Assembly: GCA_963702455.1 (NCBI GenBank)
Contig: CAVPCV010000005.1
Coordinates: 82,371-146,370 of the forward strand
Length of the DNA: 64,000 nt
Direction: 5' to 3'
Source: an uncultured Methanosarcinales archaeon
Lineage (GTDB): Archaea > Halobacteriota > Methanosarcinia > Methanotrichales > Methanotrichaceae
Made by a program: the position numbers and the translations under genes. This document shows positions 59,621 through 64,000 of this stretch, one piece after another. Below the pieces are notes generated by a model. It did no database searches. It worked only from the letters and a program-made list of their open reading frames with translations, and had not been told where the DNA came from. Position 1 is the first letter of the stretch, and each line of letters opens with the position of its first letter.

Positions 59621-61404
59621 CCCGAACGGGTTCCGACAAAGGCCGGGACGTGCCTCAGAAGATGACAGGGGCTCAGGCGGTATTGGAGAGCCTGAAAAGA
59701 GAGGGCGTAGATGTGGTATTCGGGCTTCCTGGCGGAGTGCTGTTGCCTCTTTATGACGCTATCTATCAATCCGATATTCGCCATATCCTGGTGCGCCACG
59801 AGCAGGGAGCAGCGCACATGGCGGATGGTTATGCCCGAGCCACGGGCAAGGTGGGCGTCTGCATTGCCACCTCCGGGCCGGGGGCGACGAACCTTGTCAC
59901 CGGCATTGCCAATGCCTACATGGACTCCGTGCCCATGGTGGCTATCACCGGGCAGGTCAATACCTGGCTGATTGGAAAAGACGCCTTCCAGGAGGCGGAT
60001 ATAACCGGGATCACTCTGCCCATTACCAAGCACAATTACTTGCTCCGAAGCGCCAAAGATATCTCTCGTGTCTTCCGGGAGGCTTTCTATATCGCCCGCA
60101 CCGGGCGACCCGGGCCGGTTCTTATCGATCTGCCGCGAGATGTAACTGTGGATGAGGTCGAGTTCACCTGGCCGGAGGTGAACCTGCCGGGATATCATCC
60201 CTCTTTCAAGGCGCATGAGATGCAGATCAAGAAAGCAGCCAAGGCTTTGATGGAGGCGGAGAGACCCGTTATTTACGTGGGTGGCGGAGTGAAGTACGCC
60301 TCTGCGCATAAAGAGCTCTTCGAGCTGGCGCAGAAGATCAACGCCCCGGTTACTACTACTCTCATGGGAGTGGGCTGCTTCCCTGAAGACCATCCCCTAT
60401 CGCTGGGGATGCTGGGGATGCATGGCACAAAATATGCCAACTATGCCATTCAGGAGTCGGATCTGATTCTGGCCATTGGGGCCAGATTTGATGATCGGGT
60501 GACGGGCAAGATCTCCAGCTTTGCGCCGCGGGCCAGGATAGTTCATATCGATGTGGACCCGGCTGAGGTGGGCAAGAATGTGCGGGTGGACATTCCCGTA
60601 GTGGGAGATGCGCGTGATGCATTGGCCGGGCTGCTAAGAGAGGTCTTGCCGAAGAACAGGGGACCGTGGAACGAGAAGATTGAGACCTGGAAGAAAGACT
60701 ATCCCATGCGCTACATTCCGGACATGAACACTATCAAGCCCCAGTACGTCATCGAGAAGATCTGCGAACTGGCGCCGGAGGCCATCATCACCACGGAGGT
60801 CGGGCAAAACCAGATGTGGGCAGCGCAGTTCTTTGTCCATAAAGACCCTCAGAAGTTCATATCCTCAGGAGGTCTTGGCACAATGGGATACGGCTTCCCG
60901 GCGGCCATCGGAGCCAAGATGGGCCGGCCGGAGTGCGAAGTGATCGACATCGCCGGAGATGGCAGCTTCCTTATGAATAGCCAGGAGCTCGCGACTGCGG
61001 TGGTCAACGAGATTCCCGTGAAGGTGGCCATCTTGAACAACGGGTGTCTGGGTATGGTTCGCCAGTGGCAGGAGCTCTTCTTTGAGAAGAGGTATTCGGC
61101 CACGATCCTGGGGCGCACCAGTCCCGATTTCGTGAAGCTGGCCGAGGCCTACGGAGCCGTAGGATTGCGGGCCACAAAGCCCTCTGAGGTTGAGGGAGTC
61201 GTCAGGGCCGCTCTGGCAACGGATAGGCCCTGCATCATGGACTTCATAGTCAATCCAGCTGAGAAGGTCTCACCAATGGTGCCGGCCGGCGCTACCTTAA
61301 GCGAGATCCTGGAGCTGGAGTGGTGCGATGAAGCTCAATGCTGCCACCTGGAGAAGATCTATGCCGACGCCAGGAAAGATGTTCTGGGCCTGGAGGGATA
61401 CTAG
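59605..61404 (+). CDS. ilvB: Acetolactate synthase large subunit
   Basis: [25 protein letters not shown] motifs. Confidence 0.95.
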   Translation: MSQGIARTGSDKGRDVPQKMTGAQAVLESLKREGVDVVFGLPGGVLLPLYDAIYQSDIRHILVRHEQGAAHMADGYARATGKVGVCIATSGPGATNLVTGIANAYMDSVPMVAITGQVNTWLIGKDAFQEADITGITLPITKHNYLLRSAKDISRVFREAFYIARTGRPGPVLIDLPRDVTVDEVEFTWPEVNLPGYHPSFKAHEMQIKKAAKALMEAERPVIYVGGGVKYASAHKELFELAQKINAPVTTTLMGVGCFPEDHPLSLGMLGMHGTKYANYAIQESDLILAIGARFDDRVTGKISSFAPRARIVHIDVDPAEVGKNVRVDIPVVGDARDALAGLLREVLPKNRGPWNEKIETWKKDYPMRYIPDMNTIKPQYVIEKICELAPEAIITTEVGQNQMWAAQFFVHKDPQKFISSGGLGTMGYGFPAAIGAKMGRPECEVIDIAGDGSFLMNSQELATAVVNEIPVKVAILNNGCLGMVRQWQELFFEKRYSATILGRTSPDFVKLAEAYGAVGLRATKPSEVEGVVRAALATDRPCIMDFIVNPAEKVSPMVPAGATLSEILELEWCDEAQCCHLEKIYADARKDVLGLEGY

Positions 61405-61896
61405 ATGAAGCACATCATTGCGGTCATTGTGGAGAATAAGTCAGGGGTGCTGACGCGCATCGCAGGCCTCTTCAGCCGCAGGTCCTTCAACATCGACAGC
61501 CTCTCCGTGGGAGCGACGGATAATCCTGAGTACTCCCGCATGACCATCACCGTGCAGGGCGACAGAGATGTCCTGGAACAGGTTATAAAGCAGCTCAGCA
61601 AGCTTATCAATGTCATCCGCGTCAGCGAGCTTGACCCGGCTGAATCCCTGGAGAGGGAGCTGGCAGTCATCAAGGTGAGCGTCGACCGGGAGAGCAGAAG
61701 CGAGATCATGCAGATTGTGAACATCTTCCGGGCCAGGATCATCGATGTCTCGCAGAGGTCCATGATCATCGAGGTGACTGGAGACGAGGAGAAGGTCGAT
61801 GCTATGGTTCAACTGCTGCGCCAGTTCGGCATAAAGGAGCTGGCTCGCACGGGAAAGGTTTCGATGGTGAGGGGCGCAAGGGTAATCAAGGCTTGA
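61405..61896 (+). CDS. ilvN: Acetolactate synthase small subunit
   Basis: ENKSGVLTRIAGLFSRR.FNIDS ACT domain. Confidence 0.95.
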   Translation: MKHIIAVIVENKSGVLTRIAGLFSRRSFNIDSLSVGATDNPEYSRMTITVQGDRDVLEQVIKQLSKLINVIRVSELDPAESLERELAVIKVSVDRESRSEIMQIVNIFRARIIDVSQRSMIIEVTGDEEKVDAMVQLLRQFGIKELARTGKVSMVRGARVIKA

Positions 61897-62043
61897 TACA
61901 GCTTGACAGCAGCCAGGATCTCAGTTGAGATGAGATCCAGGACGTGGACAATGCCCCGGTCAGAGAAGTCTGGCGGCCTATCGGACCAGATTTTTTTTTG
62001 TAATTATTATAATGAGGGAAAAGAGAATTTGGAGGAATAAAAT

Positions 62044-63038
<995 letters not shown>

Positions 63039-63307
63039 ACTTTATATCATGGGAGGTTGTAGCAGATTGCGGACGGGCGCACTACACCTGCGCTCGGACG
63101 CGATGCCATGATACTATGGCCTCGGGATAAACAATTATTAAAAACCGTCAACAACTACATCACAGGAGGGAGGAGCAGTTTCAGAAGCGCGGCCTTTGAG
63201 CCGCGTTTCGGAAGCTGTAAATTCTAGAAGATATTTTGTAAGCTTTTTATATTTTAGCACTTTATTTAATCGATCTAAAGGTTTTTGGCACTTTATGGCT
63301 TACGCCT

Positions 63308-63610
63308 TTATCCAAACCTCAGGCCCTCAGCTCCTCCACCACGGTCTGCCTCCTGCTCCACAGGAATTGGCCGCACATCGTAGCTTTGCAGAGCATCCAT
63401 AACTGAAGACGAAACCGCCCGCTCTGAATCATTCAATAGGGCGTAAGCTCTTGAGTCAGGAGCTCGCACCTCTTTGGTATCGATCCATGCAAAAGCCGTC
63501 GCCCCTGCTTCATCCCGGCTCGGGCGGTTTATCGCCTGAAGAATCCTTTCAAGTAGGTTTTGGACTAATTCGTTTCCAGCCCACCAGTTCTCGTGGGCTT
63601 TTCCAGCCAT
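63308..63610 (-). CDS. Hypothetical protein or pseudogene fragment
   Basis: 100-aa ORF downstream of the PIN remnant; no motif recognised. Confidence 0.3.
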   Translation of the reverse strand: MAGKAHENWWAGNELVQNLLERILQAINRPSRDEAGATAFAWIDTKEVRAPDSRAYALLNDSERAVSSSVMDALQSYDVRPIPVEQEADRGGGAEGLRFG

Positions 63611-63651
63611 TGTTCAGGGCTCATGGCAAGAACGAATTCGGGACTTCGCTG

Positions 63652-64000
63652 CTACATTTCCTCGTCCCAGGATATTAAAACAGCATCGAAATCCTCAGCA
63701 ACCGCCACATAAACAGCGTCCGCGCCGCGGAGGCGGTTCTCAATTGCGATCTCTGCCAACCAACTGCCAGGGACAAGTCCAATGGAACATGTGTCATCCC
63801 TGGAAAATGCTTTATGAGTGAAACGAGTCTCCTGGAAAGAGCAGGGTCTCCGGTGGGCCTGGCAATGGCTGCAGCGCATTCTGCAAGGACCAATGTGGGG
63901 CAGGATATCTTTGTTCCTTTCACCTTTTGCAGGAACCTGTAGCTCAGGGGATAAAGCTTCTGGAAGGACGAGCATCCGATACAAAAACGCTGGCGTCAAT
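63652..64000 (-). pseudogene. PIN-domain (VapC) toxin, frameshifted, 5' end at the window edge
   Basis: IDASVFV, PTLVLAECAAAIAR, RLRGADAVYVAVA..LISWD in different frames. Confidence 0.75.

Noticed and set aside
59425..60393. Long antisense ORFs (also 1711-2721, 36461-37381, 58214-59128)
   Set aside because: Shadow frames of GC-rich genes, with no motifs of their own

Overview
Archaeal chromosomal window from a Methanothrix (Methanosaeta)-type methanogen: the 16S rRNA carries a perfect MX825 probe target at 22287-22309. Core content: an rRNA operon (16S-tRNA-Ala-23S-5S), an intron-containing tRNA-Ser(UGA), the MCR-activation/methanogenesis marker cluster (atwA-mmp3-6-5-15-17-7), cimA-ilvB-ilvN-ilvC, tgtA/arcS, aconitase, aroA', tupABC, rqcH, msrBA, a class II photolyase and a dUTPase. 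About 18 genes, several of them housekeeping, are split by single indels; these are most likely long-read consensus errors. Best accessory signals: (i) a tandem array of inverted-repeat-bounded MITE-like units at 12029-13221, one carrying a complete PIN toxin-antitoxin pair and one empty; (ii) a four-way-junction structured element directly upstream of a secreted, ~39% tyrosine repeat peptide; (iii) two exported genes that appear to start at ATC/ATT; (iv) a tandem family of secreted proteins whose middle gene is a chimera made by an ~850-bp duplication; (v) a secreted DJ-1 protein flanked by rubredoxin-like domains, and a FabH-like enzyme with swapped catalytic residues. All product calls come from motif recognition by eye; no database searches were run.
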